From Prevotella sp. (GTDB lineage: Bacteria; Bacteroidota; Bacteroidia; Bacteroidales; Dysgonomonadaceae): DNA of 64,000 bases. The stretch is taken from NCBI GenBank assembly GCA_031285625.1, contig JAITVV010000056.1, forward strand, positions 1-64,000, in the 5' to 3' direction. The translations under genes and the position numbers were made by a program. Every line of letters begins with the position of its first letter. Position 1 is the first letter of the stretch. The notes under the pieces are model-generated. The model saw nothing but the letters and a program-made list of their open reading frames with translations, had not been told where the DNA came from and searched no databases. This document shows, one piece after another, positions 52,087 to 60,999 of the stretch.

Positions 52087-52159
52087 TTCGGCATAGCTCA
52101 GTGGTAGAGCGCCCGGCTCTGGGTCCGGGTGGACGTAGGTTCGAGCCCTGCTGCCGGAT
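52087..52159 (+). ncRNA. tRNA-like RNA 2 with 8-nt anticodon loop CUCUGGGU (Pro-UGG/Gln-CUG-like plus one nucleotide)
   Basis: Acceptor TTCGGCA/TGCCGGA, TA, D arm GCTC-AGTGGTA-GAGC, anticodon stem CCCGG/CCGGG, variable TGGAC, T arm GTAGG-TTCGAGC-CCTGC; no CCA; T-rich tail. Confidence 0.85.
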
Positions 52160-52206
52160 TATTTTTTCAAATAAATTGTCTTATATTAGTATCATATACA
52201 TAAGAT

Positions 52207-52254
52207 AAGTAACAAAGAGAAAACATAAAATATGTGTTACTTTTGTCACTTTTT
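52207..52254 (+). repeat. Dispersed ~50-bp imperfect palindromic element, copy C
   Basis: AAGTAACAAAG-N16-GTGTTACTTTTGTCACTTTTT; contains TACTTTTG promoter motif. Confidence 0.7.
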
Positions 52255-52275
52255 CCGAATTAAAACCTTTAGAAT

Positions 52276-53217
52276 ATGAACGGCTGGGAAATTAAAAGTT
52301 TTACACAGGCACTGAATGATGCACAGAGTGGAAATAGCAAAGAACTAGACTCGCTAGTCGCCAACTATCCCTTATGTGCTGTTAAATCTGATTATTCACA
52401 AGCTATTATACTCCGCAGATTCCATGTACAGATATGGAAAGACGAACGAAGAGTACTTAATTGTGAACCAGACACCTATGCCGGCAGCAAAAGTGACGAT
52501 GAACAATGGGGAATCACTCTGGCCAACTATGATAAAACAACAGGTTCAGGTTCGGAAGGAAGTAAATGTATTCCCAATTATAAGTATACAAGTGTCTCAA
52601 TAAATAATGATACCATTACCCTGAAATGGGAAAATTCAGAGGTTGCTACCAATCTGAAAGAAATATACAGAAAACTGAGGTTCATATATGGCATTTCGAC
52701 AACCAAAGAAATTGAGGAGGCTTTTGGCACTCTCTGCAATGAAACAATAATAGCACCACCACCTGTAACAGTTGTTTATAAAACATTAGAGAGTGAAATT
52801 CTGGGAACATTCAAGTTTGACAAAAAACTTGAATATTATAAAACCAAATACAAAATAGGGAAGCAAAATGTAAATATTACAATAGACCTGACTTATCCTG
52901 ATGAACTAAAAATGAATCTCAAAAAAGCAGAGAAGCTGATGTCTGCAAAATTCTATGAAAAAGCCTTGCAGAAAATGGCTAAGCCAATGGTAAAACTTAA
53001 AAACGACACATGGCTGGAAGAATACGATAACGGAGAGGAGGAACAACCAATAACAACAGACGAATTACTGAAACGCATAAGAATAACGGATATAGCATTT
53101 GATGATGAATGTGAAGCCGAGATATATTGCGATGATGACGATATATTCTGGGGGCATAGCATCCTTATCAGTACCAATGCAAGAGGTACATATCAAGATG
53201 CTACTCTGGCAGGGTAA
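52276..53217 (+). CDS. Protein with C-terminal DUF2262-like domain and unknown N-domain
   Basis: LKNDTWLE..E..IT..E...RI, YCDDDDIFWGHSI, terminal LAG. Confidence 0.7.
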   Translation: MNGWEIKSFTQALNDAQSGNSKELDSLVANYPLCAVKSDYSQAIILRRFHVQIWKDERRVLNCEPDTYAGSKSDDEQWGITLANYDKTTGSGSEGSKCIPNYKYTSVSINNDTITLKWENSEVATNLKEIYRKLRFIYGISTTKEIEEAFGTLCNETIIAPPPVTVVYKTLESEILGTFKFDKKLEYYKTKYKIGKQNVNITIDLTYPDELKMNLKKAEKLMSAKFYEKALQKMAKPMVKLKNDTWLEEYDNGEEEQPITTDELLKRIRITDIAFDDECEAEIYCDDDDIFWGHSILISTNARGTYQDATLAG

Positions 53218-53287
53218 AAGGAATCTGTTGCTTAAAATAGATGTATAAAACAGAATATGCACTATCTTTGCAGAAATTAAAATAATA

Positions 53288-53644
53288 ATGGATACTACCA
53301 GACAACAAAAAATAAACAGACTTATTCAAAAAGAACTAAGCGAAATATTCAGAAAACAAACTCAACAAATGCGCGGAGTATTGGTTTCTGTCAGCATTGT
53401 ACGTATCAGTCCCGATCTGGGGCTAGCCAAGGCTTACCTGAGTATTTTCCCTTCCGATCAGTCAAAGGAATTACTTGCTAACATAAAAGCAAATATGAAA
53501 GCTATACGCTTCGACCTGGGACAAAGACTCGGAAAACAACTACGCGTAATACCCGAACTGGCCTTCTATCTAGATGACTCTCTTGATTACCTGGAGAACA
53601 TAGATAAGCTTTTAGGTTCTGATAACAGTAAAAAAGAAGAATAA
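53288..53644 (+). CDS. rbfA: Ribosome-binding factor A
   Basis: RQQKI..LIQKELSEIF, SPDL..AKAYLS, LRVIPEL.FYLD. Confidence 0.97.
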   Translation: MDTTRQQKINRLIQKELSEIFRKQTQQMRGVLVSVSIVRISPDLGLAKAYLSIFPSDQSKELLANIKANMKAIRFDLGQRLGKQLRVIPELAFYLDDSLDYLENIDKLLGSDNSKKEE

Positions 53645-53646
53645 GG

Positions 53647-54864
53647 TTGAATCTTCCCCTGCACATAGCCCGTCGTTATCTTTTTGCGAAGAAGTCGCAC
53701 AATGCTATCAATATCATCTCTATGATATCGGTATGCGGTATTACTGTAGCTACAATGGCATTGGTTTGTGCATTATCCGTGTTCAATGGTTTTACAGATG
53801 TAGTAGCAAAAACATTCAGTGCTTTTGATCCCGAATTGCAGATAGTTCCGGCACAGGGCAAAGTCTTTGATCCTACAAACGCACAGATAGAACAAATAAA
53901 GAAACTTCCTGAAATAGCATTTACTGCCGAAGAATTGGAGGAAAATGCCCTGATAAAATTTGCTGATCGCCAGGAACCGATTATCCTAAAAGGAGTTTCT
54001 CCTGAATTTGAACATCTGGCCAGTATAGATAAGCTCGTTATAGATGGTCATTTTTCTCTGCGGGAAGGTGATATAGATAATGGTGTCATAGGGGCCGGGC
54101 TTGCAATGTTTTTAGGGGTAAGGGCAGGGTTTCTTGATCCTGTAGAATTATATGTCCCTAAGCGAAATGAGCGTATTAATCTGGCTAATCCAGCTACAGC
54201 TTTTACTCAGTCGGAAGCATATATAAGTGGTGTATTTGCACTCAATCAGCAGAAATATGATGATCAAATGCTGATTGTGTCTATCGATCTGGCGCGTGAA
54301 CTACTCAGATATGAAAATGAGATATCGTCACTCGATATTAAAGTAAAAGACGGGGCAAACATAGATAAAGTACATAGTGAGATCAAATCGATTCTGGGAA
54401 ATGATTTCATTATAAAAAATAGATTTGAACAGCAAGAGGAATTATATCGAATGGTAAACATTGAGAAATGGGTTACTTTTCTGATCTTATCAATTATTCT
54501 TCTGATTGCAGTTTTTAACATTGTTGGATCACTAACAATGTTGATCATCGAAAAAGATGAGGACATCAAGATATTAAAGAGCCTTGGTGGAAATAATAAA
54601 TTTATAACAAAAATATTTTTATTCGAAGGCTGGCTTATTACATTAGTGGGAGCTTTCGCAGGACTGGTATTGGGGCTTATTATATGTTTGTTACAACAGC
54701 ATTTTGGATTATTAAAACTAGGTTCTACGCCCGGTGCGTTTGTTATTGATGCTTATCCCGTATCTGTGCAGTTCCTGGATATTGCGCTGATCTTTGTTAC
54801 TGTAAATCTGATTGGCTTCTTAGCAGTACTTTATCCGATAAACAATTTGAGAAAAAGGCTATAG
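53647..54864 (+). CDS. LolC/E-like (FtsX family) ABC permease
   Basis: IARRYLF, LSVFNGF, IAVFNIVGSL..EK..DI.ILKSLG; TTG start. Confidence 0.9.
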   Translation: MNLPLHIARRYLFAKKSHNAINIISMISVCGITVATMALVCALSVFNGFTDVVAKTFSAFDPELQIVPAQGKVFDPTNAQIEQIKKLPEIAFTAEELEENALIKFADRQEPIILKGVSPEFEHLASIDKLVIDGHFSLREGDIDNGVIGAGLAMFLGVRAGFLDPVELYVPKRNERINLANPATAFTQSEAYISGVFALNQQKYDDQMLIVSIDLARELLRYENEISSLDIKVKDGANIDKVHSEIKSILGNDFIIKNRFEQQEELYRMVNIEKWVTFLILSIILLIAVFNIVGSLTMLIIEKDEDIKILKSLGGNNKFITKIFLFEGWLITLVGAFAGLVLGLIICLLQQHFGLLKLGSTPGAFVIDAYPVSVQFLDIALIFVTVNLIGFLAVLYPINNLRKRL

Positions 54865-55344
54865 AATCAGTTGCCAGAATTCCACATCGATCAGTTTTCC
54901 AAATTTAACCCCCGACTCTCTGAAATTTCCTATAAGTTCAAAATTAAATTTCTTATGCAACTTCTGACTAGCCTCATTGGGTAATGATATGACACCGATC
55001 AATGAATGAATATCTATTTGACGCGCCCTTTCTATCAGTTCCTTGTATAGGATACTACCAACACCACTGCCAATCGCTTTATGGTCCAGGTAAACACTCG
55101 TTTCTAAAGTAATATCATATGCTTTACGCTCCCGCCAATTGTTCAGGTAAGCGTATCCGGTTATCACACCATTATCTTCATAAACAAAGTAAGGAAAGTT
55201 TTTCGCAGTAGTTTTCTGTATACGTTTTTGTATATCCTCTTCCGAAACAGTATCATACTCAAAAGTTACGACTGTTTCTCTTATATAGTAGTTGTAAATT
55301 TCAGCTATTCTGGCAGCATCATCTAAGGTAACATCTCTTATCAT
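54859..55344 (-). CDS. GNAT acetyltransferase (phosphinothricin acetyltransferase-like)
   Basis: IYNYYI..T.VTFE, ETSVY, G.GVG, NEAS..LH, G.KFG..DV. Confidence 0.9.
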   Translation of the reverse strand: MIRDVTLDDAARIAEIYNYYIRETVVTFEYDTVSEEDIQKRIQKTTAKNFPYFVYEDNGVITGYAYLNNWRERKAYDITLETSVYLDHKAIGSGVGSILYKELIERARQIDIHSLIGVISLPNEASQKLHKKFNFELIGNFRESGVKFGKLIDVEFWQLIL

Positions 55345-55346
55345 AC

Positions 55347-55760
55347 CTATTCTCCTGTATAAGGTGGTATTTCATCCGTATTTTGAATAACAGGCTCAGC
55401 TGAAATAATACTATCTACTATAAATTTAGTATATCCCCGCCATGGCAATGCTCCAAAATATTCTTTATAATGTAACTTGACATTTTGTCCACTTAACGGC
55501 ATCAGTTTATCATACAATTCTCTGCTTTCTACCGAGAATTGGAATTCGTTTGACTGTAGCCCCTGCTGCCCCGGACGAAAACCCGATTGAATTAGTTCAC
55601 CTTCAAATGTTTTGAAAATAATCCCTTTGTGCTTTACATTATTCAGTATTCCGGCCTTTACCCCGGAATCACTAAACGGGACATAGAACCAAACATACCC
55701 GAAGATAAGAAGGCCTGCTACAACTATTGCTAAAATAATGAGAATAACCTTTTTTGCCAT
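55347..55760 (-). CDS. Conserved Bacteroidetes hypothetical membrane-anchored protein
   Basis: N-terminal TM; KG..FKTFEGEL, F.FSV, LHYKE..LPWRG. Confidence 0.75.
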   Translation of the reverse strand: MAKKVILIILAIVVAGLLIFGYVWFYVPFSDSGVKAGILNNVKHKGIIFKTFEGELIQSGFRPGQQGLQSNEFQFSVESRELYDKLMPLSGQNVKLHYKEYFGALPWRGYTKFIVDSIISAEPVIQNTDEIPPYTGE

Positions 55761-55890
55761 ATTATGATAGTGTAAAATGTTAAAACAACATTTCAGATGT
55801 TTTGTTCAGAAGGCAAAGATATTCATATTTTTAGACTATTTTTGTCTCTAGAATTAAAAAATACAGGTAAACTTATCTATATTTAAATAC

Positions 55891-56256
55891 ATGAATATCG
55901 AAGAGTTAAGAAACCATTGTTTATCGGTAAAAGGTGCTACCGAGAGCTTCCCTTTTGATAAAAAGACACTTGTATTCAAAGTGATGGGTAAAATGTTTGC
56001 TTATATCAATCTAGAGCCTAAAGATGCTTTGTTTCGTGTAGATATGAAATGCGATCCCGATAAGTCGACTGAACTTCGGGAAAAATATACGGGTATTACA
56101 TATGGCACTCACACACGTGAACTTATGTGGAATGCTGTCTACCTATTGAGTGACGTACCCGATTCTCTTATACAAGAGTTAATTAACCATTCGGTAAGTG
56201 AAGTAATAAATAAGTTACCAAAGAAAAAACAGGCAGAGTATAAAGATTTAAAATAA
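55891..56256 (+). CDS. MmcQ/YjbR family protein
   Basis: ESFPFD..TLVFKV.GKMF, KCDP....LRE.Y, WN.V. Confidence 0.9.
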   Translation: MNIEELRNHCLSVKGATESFPFDKKTLVFKVMGKMFAYINLEPKDALFRVDMKCDPDKSTELREKYTGITYGTHTRELMWNAVYLLSDVPDSLIQELINHSVSEVINKLPKKKQAEYKDLK

Positions 56257-56268
56257 AGGGAGATATCA

Positions 56269-56871
56269 ATGATAATTAAAGATGCACAATTTGTAATAAG
56301 CAATACCGATCACAGGAAATGTCCGGATGACAATAAGCCCGAGTATGCATTTATAGGGAGATCCAATGTTGGAAAATCTTCTCTTATCAATATGCTTACC
56401 AACAGAAAAGGTCTGGCTATGACTTCTTCTAAACCGGGTAAAACACAATTAATAAACCATTTCATCATCAATAACGAATGGTATCTCGTAGATTTACCGG
56501 GTTATGGGTATGCACAACGGGGAAAAGAGGGACGCGAAAAGATCAGAAAAATAATTGACAGTTATATTACTGAAAGAGTACAACTGACTTGTCTCTTCTT
56601 ACTACTCGACAGTCGTCACGAGCCTCAAAAAATAGATATCGAGTTTATGAACTGGCTGGGCGAAGAAGAGGTTCCATTTGTGATTGTATTTACCAAAATA
56701 GATAAGATCAGCAAGGGTAAGCTAAAAGATAATACAGAAGCCTATATCACAAAACTTCATGAAACATGGGAAGAACTCCCACCAATATTTTATACTTCAT
56801 CAGAACACAAACTGGGCGGAGACGAAATATTAAATTATATTGACGAAATAAATAAAAGCCTGAAAGGATGA
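56269..56871 (+). CDS. engB: Ribosome biogenesis GTPase EngB/YihA
   Basis: [25 protein letters not shown]. Confidence 0.96.
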   Translation: MIIKDAQFVISNTDHRKCPDDNKPEYAFIGRSNVGKSSLINMLTNRKGLAMTSSKPGKTQLINHFIINNEWYLVDLPGYGYAQRGKEGREKIRKIIDSYITERVQLTCLFLLLDSRHEPQKIDIEFMNWLGEEEVPFVIVFTKIDKISKGKLKDNTEAYITKLHETWEELPPIFYTSSEHKLGGDEILNYIDEINKSLKG

Positions 56872-57350
56872 TGGATCAAAAAGATACGCAATCAAAATAT
56901 ATGAAAAAAGCCATCCTTTGGGCAAAGAAAAGTGTAGTGAAAGGAGGCGGCCCTTTCGGTGCTGTCATAGTCAAAGATGGAAATATCATAGCACAGGGAC
57001 ATAACTGCGTTACCCTAAGCAATGATCCTACGGCACATGCAGAAGTGACAGTAATAAGGAAAGCCTGTAAAAAACTGAATACATTTGATCTTTCAGGATG
57101 CGAAATATATACATCCTGCGAGCCATGCCCAATGTGTCTGGCTGCAATTTACTGGGCCCGTATAAATAAGATATATTATGGGTGCACTAAATCAGATGCC
57201 AAGGACATTGGCTTTGACGATTCATTCATATATGATCAGATCGATTTAAAGCCGGAAAGAAGATCTATCCCGGCAACCAATATCTTACACAAGGAAGCAT
57301 TAGAAGCTTTCAAAATGTGGAATGAAAAAGATGATAAGATCGAATATTAA
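56868..57350 (+). CDS. Nucleoside/guanine deaminase (cytidine deaminase superfamily)
   Basis: GPFGA, DPTAHAE, EPCPMC, GFDD..IY. Confidence 0.9.
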   Translation: MMDQKDTQSKYMKKAILWAKKSVVKGGGPFGAVIVKDGNIIAQGHNCVTLSNDPTAHAEVTVIRKACKKLNTFDLSGCEIYTSCEPCPMCLAAIYWARINKIYYGCTKSDAKDIGFDDSFIYDQIDLKPERRSIPATNILHKEALEAFKMWNEKDDKIEY

Positions 57351-57452
57351 GTTTTGCTTAAATAAAACTAAAATTGAACGAATTATCAGCATCAGTGATT
57401 ACAAAATCCGGTAAATACCGTATACTTAATTGAACCATTAAAATATAAGACC

Positions 57453-58097
57453 ATGCTATTTGTACCCTTAATCGACGCAACAGATGTTAACAATCCGGCT
57501 CAGATCATAGAATGCATGCAAAATGTGCAGGAAAATAATATTTCATGTGTAAACTGGCCGGAATTATACCCATCTGACCCGAAAGTATCTTTCAAAATGG
57601 CCCATAACGGGAACTACTTATTCATTCAGTTCTTCGTAGAAGAAAATGAAGTGCTTGCAAAGACAACAGAAGACAACGGTCCGGTATGGACAGATTCATG
57701 TGTTGAGTTCTTTATCTCATTCAACAATTCTCCTCAATATTACAATGCAGAATTTTCATGCATTGGAAAAGCATTGCTTGGATACAGAAAGGATAGAAAT
57801 AGCGCATTACATGCAGATCCTGCAATTATGAAAACCATTAAGCGTTATTCAAGCCTTGGCACAGAGCCATTTGATAAAAAACAAGGTGATTTTAAATGGA
57901 ATATGTTGGTAGCAATACCTGTTTCGGCATATTGGCAATCCGATTTGACATCCTTTAGTGGAATAAAGGCACGTGCTAATTTTTATAAATGCGGGGATGA
58001 CCTTACAACCCCTCATTACCTATCATGGAATCCCATCAAAACAGAAAAGCCAAACTTCCATGTTCCCCAATTTTTCGGAGAACTAAACTTCGAATAA
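57453..58097 (+). CDS. CBM9-like (DOMON) protein
   Basis: VW.DSCVEFF, YYN.E, ANFYKCGD, PHYLSW, FH.P.FFG. Confidence 0.85.
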   Translation: MLFVPLIDATDVNNPAQIIECMQNVQENNISCVNWPELYPSDPKVSFKMAHNGNYLFIQFFVEENEVLAKTTEDNGPVWTDSCVEFFISFNNSPQYYNAEFSCIGKALLGYRKDRNSALHADPAIMKTIKRYSSLGTEPFDKKQGDFKWNMLVAIPVSAYWQSDLTSFSGIKARANFYKCGDDLTTPHYLSWNPIKTEKPNFHVPQFFGELNFE

Positions 58098-58268
58098 CAT
58101 TAAAAATATATTTTACAGTTAAACATCAATAATAGAGGGAAATACCCTCTATTATTTTTATGTTAAAAATACTTTCATAGGTGATTTTTTTTTCTATCTT
58201 TGCGTTGCGAAAAGAGTGGTATTTCTTATGCTCTTTTTTCCTCTAAATATGGATATATTTAATTATTT

Positions 58269-58916
58269 ATGAAAAATAATCTATTCGATAGGTTTAAACC
58301 TAAAGAAAATAAGTTTTACCCTCTAATGAGCGGAATGGCTGAAGTTATAGTTACAGCAGCCGATCTTATCATCGAATGTGTACAAGTCACTAACCACAAC
58401 GAAGCTGTAGAATACTACAAGAAAATCAAAGAGCAAGAACGTAAGGCTGATACCATTCAGAATCAGATTTTTGAAGAATTAAACGAAACATTTATCACAC
58501 CTTTCGACCGGGAAGATATTAACCACCTATCTTCTACGATGGATGATGTTATCGATTTGATCAACAGCTGTGCCAAGCGTATTATGCTGTATAGCCCGAA
58601 AGTAATGCCGGAAGCTGCTGCCCGTTTAGCGATGTTTGTTAGAGAATCTGCTGGTTTTCTGGTACAAGCGATTGCCGAACTCGATGTTTTGAAGAAGAAT
58701 ACCGAAAAAATAAAAGAATATTGCGAGCAGTTAGGTGTGATAGAAAAAAAGGCTGATGATGTTTATGAACATTTCCTTATCGACCTCTTCGAAAATGAAA
58801 AAGATGCGATTGAGGTTATCAAATTAAAAGACATTCTTCACGAACTGGAGAGAGCAACTGATGCTTCCGAAGCTGTAGGTAAGATTATCAAAACAATGAT
58901 TGTTAAGTATTCATAA
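58269..58916 (+). CDS. DUF47 phosphate transport regulator
   Basis: FITPFDREDI..L...DDV.D; directly upstream of a Pit transporter. Confidence 0.93.
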   Translation: MKNNLFDRFKPKENKFYPLMSGMAEVIVTAADLIIECVQVTNHNEAVEYYKKIKEQERKADTIQNQIFEELNETFITPFDREDINHLSSTMDDVIDLINSCAKRIMLYSPKVMPEAAARLAMFVRESAGFLVQAIAELDVLKKNTEKIKEYCEQLGVIEKKADDVYEHFLIDLFENEKDAIEVIKLKDILHELERATDASEAVGKIIKTMIVKYS

Positions 58917-58927
58917 TCAAAATCAAC

Positions 58928-59977
58928 ATGACTTTATTAATAATAATCATTGTCTTAGCCATCATTTTCGACTTCATCAACGGATTTCACGATGCTGCTA
59001 ACTCAATAGCAACGGTGGTATCCACAAAAGTACTTACTCCCACACAGGCCGTTATCTGGGCCGCTTTTTTTAACTTTGTAGCCTATTTTATTGCAAAATT
59101 CATTATTGGTGGATTTGGTATTGCAGATACAGTATCAAAAACAGTTGATATGGACTTTATTATGCAAAACTTTGGCAATCCCTCTTTAGTTATCATAGCA
59201 GGTCTTGTAGCTGCCATATCATGGAATCTTATAACCTGGTGGCTGGGAATACCCTCATCTTCATCCCATACCCTAATTGGAGGTTTTGCCGGCGCGGGCG
59301 TTGCTGCGTCGGGATTTCAGGCTGTACACTCAGGGGTTATCGGTATCATCGCATTATTTATCGTTGTAGCGCCTTTAATAGGTATGGTAGCGGGAAATAT
59401 CATTACCCTTATTACACTGCATTTCGCTAAAAAAATAAAACCAGGAAAGGCTGACCGCTGGTTTAAAAACCTTCAGTTAATATCATCCGCAGGATTAAGT
59501 ATAGGCCATGGACTGAACGACTCACAAAAGGTAATGGGTATCATTGCAGCTGCCCTGATAGCATATACTCAAACAAACCCGGATGTACATCCTTGGTTAT
59601 ATATGGGGTCTATGGCTGATATGCACGACTGGGTTCCCCTTGCCTGTTTTACGGCCATAGCAGTAGGAACTATGTGCGGTGGTTGGAAAATTATGAAAAC
59701 GATGGGTAACCGTATCACAAAAATCACACCCATAGAAGGTTTTTGCGCACAGACTGCAGGAGCATTAACATTATTCCTCACTGAAAAATGGCATATCCCT
59801 GTAAGTACAACGCACGTTATAACAGGGAGTATTATCGGAGTAGGCTCTATAAAGCGGTTATCTGCTGTCCGTTGGGGTGTAACCAAAGACCTGCTAATAG
59901 CCTGGATATTGACAATTCCTGTAAGTGCAGTTATGGCAATTATAGTTTACCACGCTTTAGGATTAATAATCAAATAA
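58928..59977 (+). CDS. pit: Inorganic phosphate transporter (Pit family)
   Basis: NGFHDAANSIAT, GIPSSSSH, HGLNDSQK, PVSTTH. Confidence 0.95.
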   Translation: MTLLIIIIVLAIIFDFINGFHDAANSIATVVSTKVLTPTQAVIWAAFFNFVAYFIAKFIIGGFGIADTVSKTVDMDFIMQNFGNPSLVIIAGLVAAISWNLITWWLGIPSSSSHTLIGGFAGAGVAASGFQAVHSGVIGIIALFIVVAPLIGMVAGNIITLITLHFAKKIKPGKADRWFKNLQLISSAGLSIGHGLNDSQKVMGIIAAALIAYTQTNPDVHPWLYMGSMADMHDWVPLACFTAIAVGTMCGGWKIMKTMGNRITKITPIEGFCAQTAGALTLFLTEKWHIPVSTTHVITGSIIGVGSIKRLSAVRWGVTKDLLIAWILTIPVSAVMAIIVYHALGLIIK

Positions 59978-60002
59978 ATAAATCGGACCTTACGAAATAA
60001 TT

Positions 60003-60031
60003 AAAGAGCAAATAATATTTGCTCTTTTTTT
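60003..60031 (+). terminator. Intrinsic terminator
   Basis: AAAGAGCAAAT-AAT-ATTTGCTCTTT plus T-tract. Confidence 0.8.
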
Positions 60032-60048
60032 GTCTATTGCTTTTTTAA

Positions 60049-60075
60049 TGAAAAGTAATATCTTTGCACCGCTTT
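60049..60075 (+). promoter_or_regulatory. TATCTTTG promoter, near-duplicate of the rpsA promoter
   Basis: TGAAAAGTAATATCTTTGCACCGCTTT; 25 of 27 positions identical to 61928-61954. Confidence 0.65.
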
Positions 60076-60119
60076 GACAAAAGACTTTTTAAATAACAAC
60101 AAACTAAATTAACAAAACT

Positions 60120-60905
60120 ATGAAGAAAAACTATCCATTAGCTTTATTTCTCTTATTATGTCTATCTCTTTTCATTTCATGTAGTGATGATGATAACAAT
60201 GATGACAGCAATGGCAGCGTAAAACTACTTTTACAGAAATTGACTGCAACAGATAACAGTTTTGAAATGAGATACCATTACGATGCTCAAAATCGTATCG
60301 TAAAGATGGAAGAAGACGAGAAAGAAGATGGTATTGACATAACTATTTATGAATACAATTCAGAGAACAATCCTGTAAAAAAAGTTGAATCTTACACAGA
60401 CGATAGTGATACTTATCTAACCACATATACCTATAAAGATGATAGTATTTTTGTAAAAATGTTTGAGATAAATTCTCAGACTAAAGTGAGTACAATAGAT
60501 ACTTTAACGATAGATAATAAAGGCTGCCTAAAGAAGATCCACAGTTCATATGGGTCATACATTGCTTATTCAACCTATACATATAATAATGCAGCACAAT
60601 TAACTCAATCTGATTATTATAACAGAAGTGAAGATTATGAGACCAACGGGACAGATACTTATTCTTATGATAATAAGAAAGGTTATTTCTCACATGTAAA
60701 TGTAAAACCCTGGTTTATCAACTATGAATTGGATATATACAGACATACTAATGTTTCTAATTCTTCACTTATCACAAATTCATCCAGCCATAAAGATTTG
60801 AAAACGGGAGAAACTCAGACTTCCACCAGTAAAACTGAATTAACCTACACATATAACGAAGACGGCTATCCAATTACAATGTCGGAAAAAATACACATAT
60901 GGTAG
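60120..60905 (+). CDS. Lipoprotein, Tyr/Asp-rich beta-strand type (DUF4595-like), paralogue 1 with frameshifted C-terminus
   Basis: Lipobox FISC-SDDD; highly similar to 61000-61842; homologous tail continues out of frame to 60954. Confidence 0.75.
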   Translation: MKKNYPLALFLLLCLSLFISCSDDDNNDDSNGSVKLLLQKLTATDNSFEMRYHYDAQNRIVKMEEDEKEDGIDITIYEYNSENNPVKKVESYTDDSDTYLTTYTYKDDSIFVKMFEINSQTKVSTIDTLTIDNKGCLKKIHSSYGSYIAYSTYTYNNAAQLTQSDYYNRSEDYETNGTDTYSYDNKKGYFSHVNVKPWFINYELDIYRHTNVSNSSLITNSSSHKDLKTGETQTSTSKTELTYTYNEDGYPITMSEKIHIW

Positions 60906-60999
60906 TAAATCAGATACCGAAACTTTTATATTAGGCTATACAGAAACAAAGTAAAACTTTTATAATACAGTTCAAAAATATAAACTTAACTAACAAACA

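Noticed and set aside
51992-52159. Calling these ordinary tRNA-Lys and tRNA-Gln/Pro genes
   Set aside because: Both loops are 8 nt with no alternative 7-nt register that keeps the stem, and the acceptor/discriminator identity elements do not fit.
51992-52159. CRISPR array or attL/attR duplication
   Set aside because: Only two units, both full cloverleafs with compensatory differences; no cas or integrase gene in the window.
60886-60891. Frameshifted lipoprotein as the substrate of the 8-nt-loop tRNA-like RNA
   Set aside because: The site reads GAA-AAA-ATA with no in-frame AAAG or CCAG quadruplet, and charging of the RNAs is unproven.
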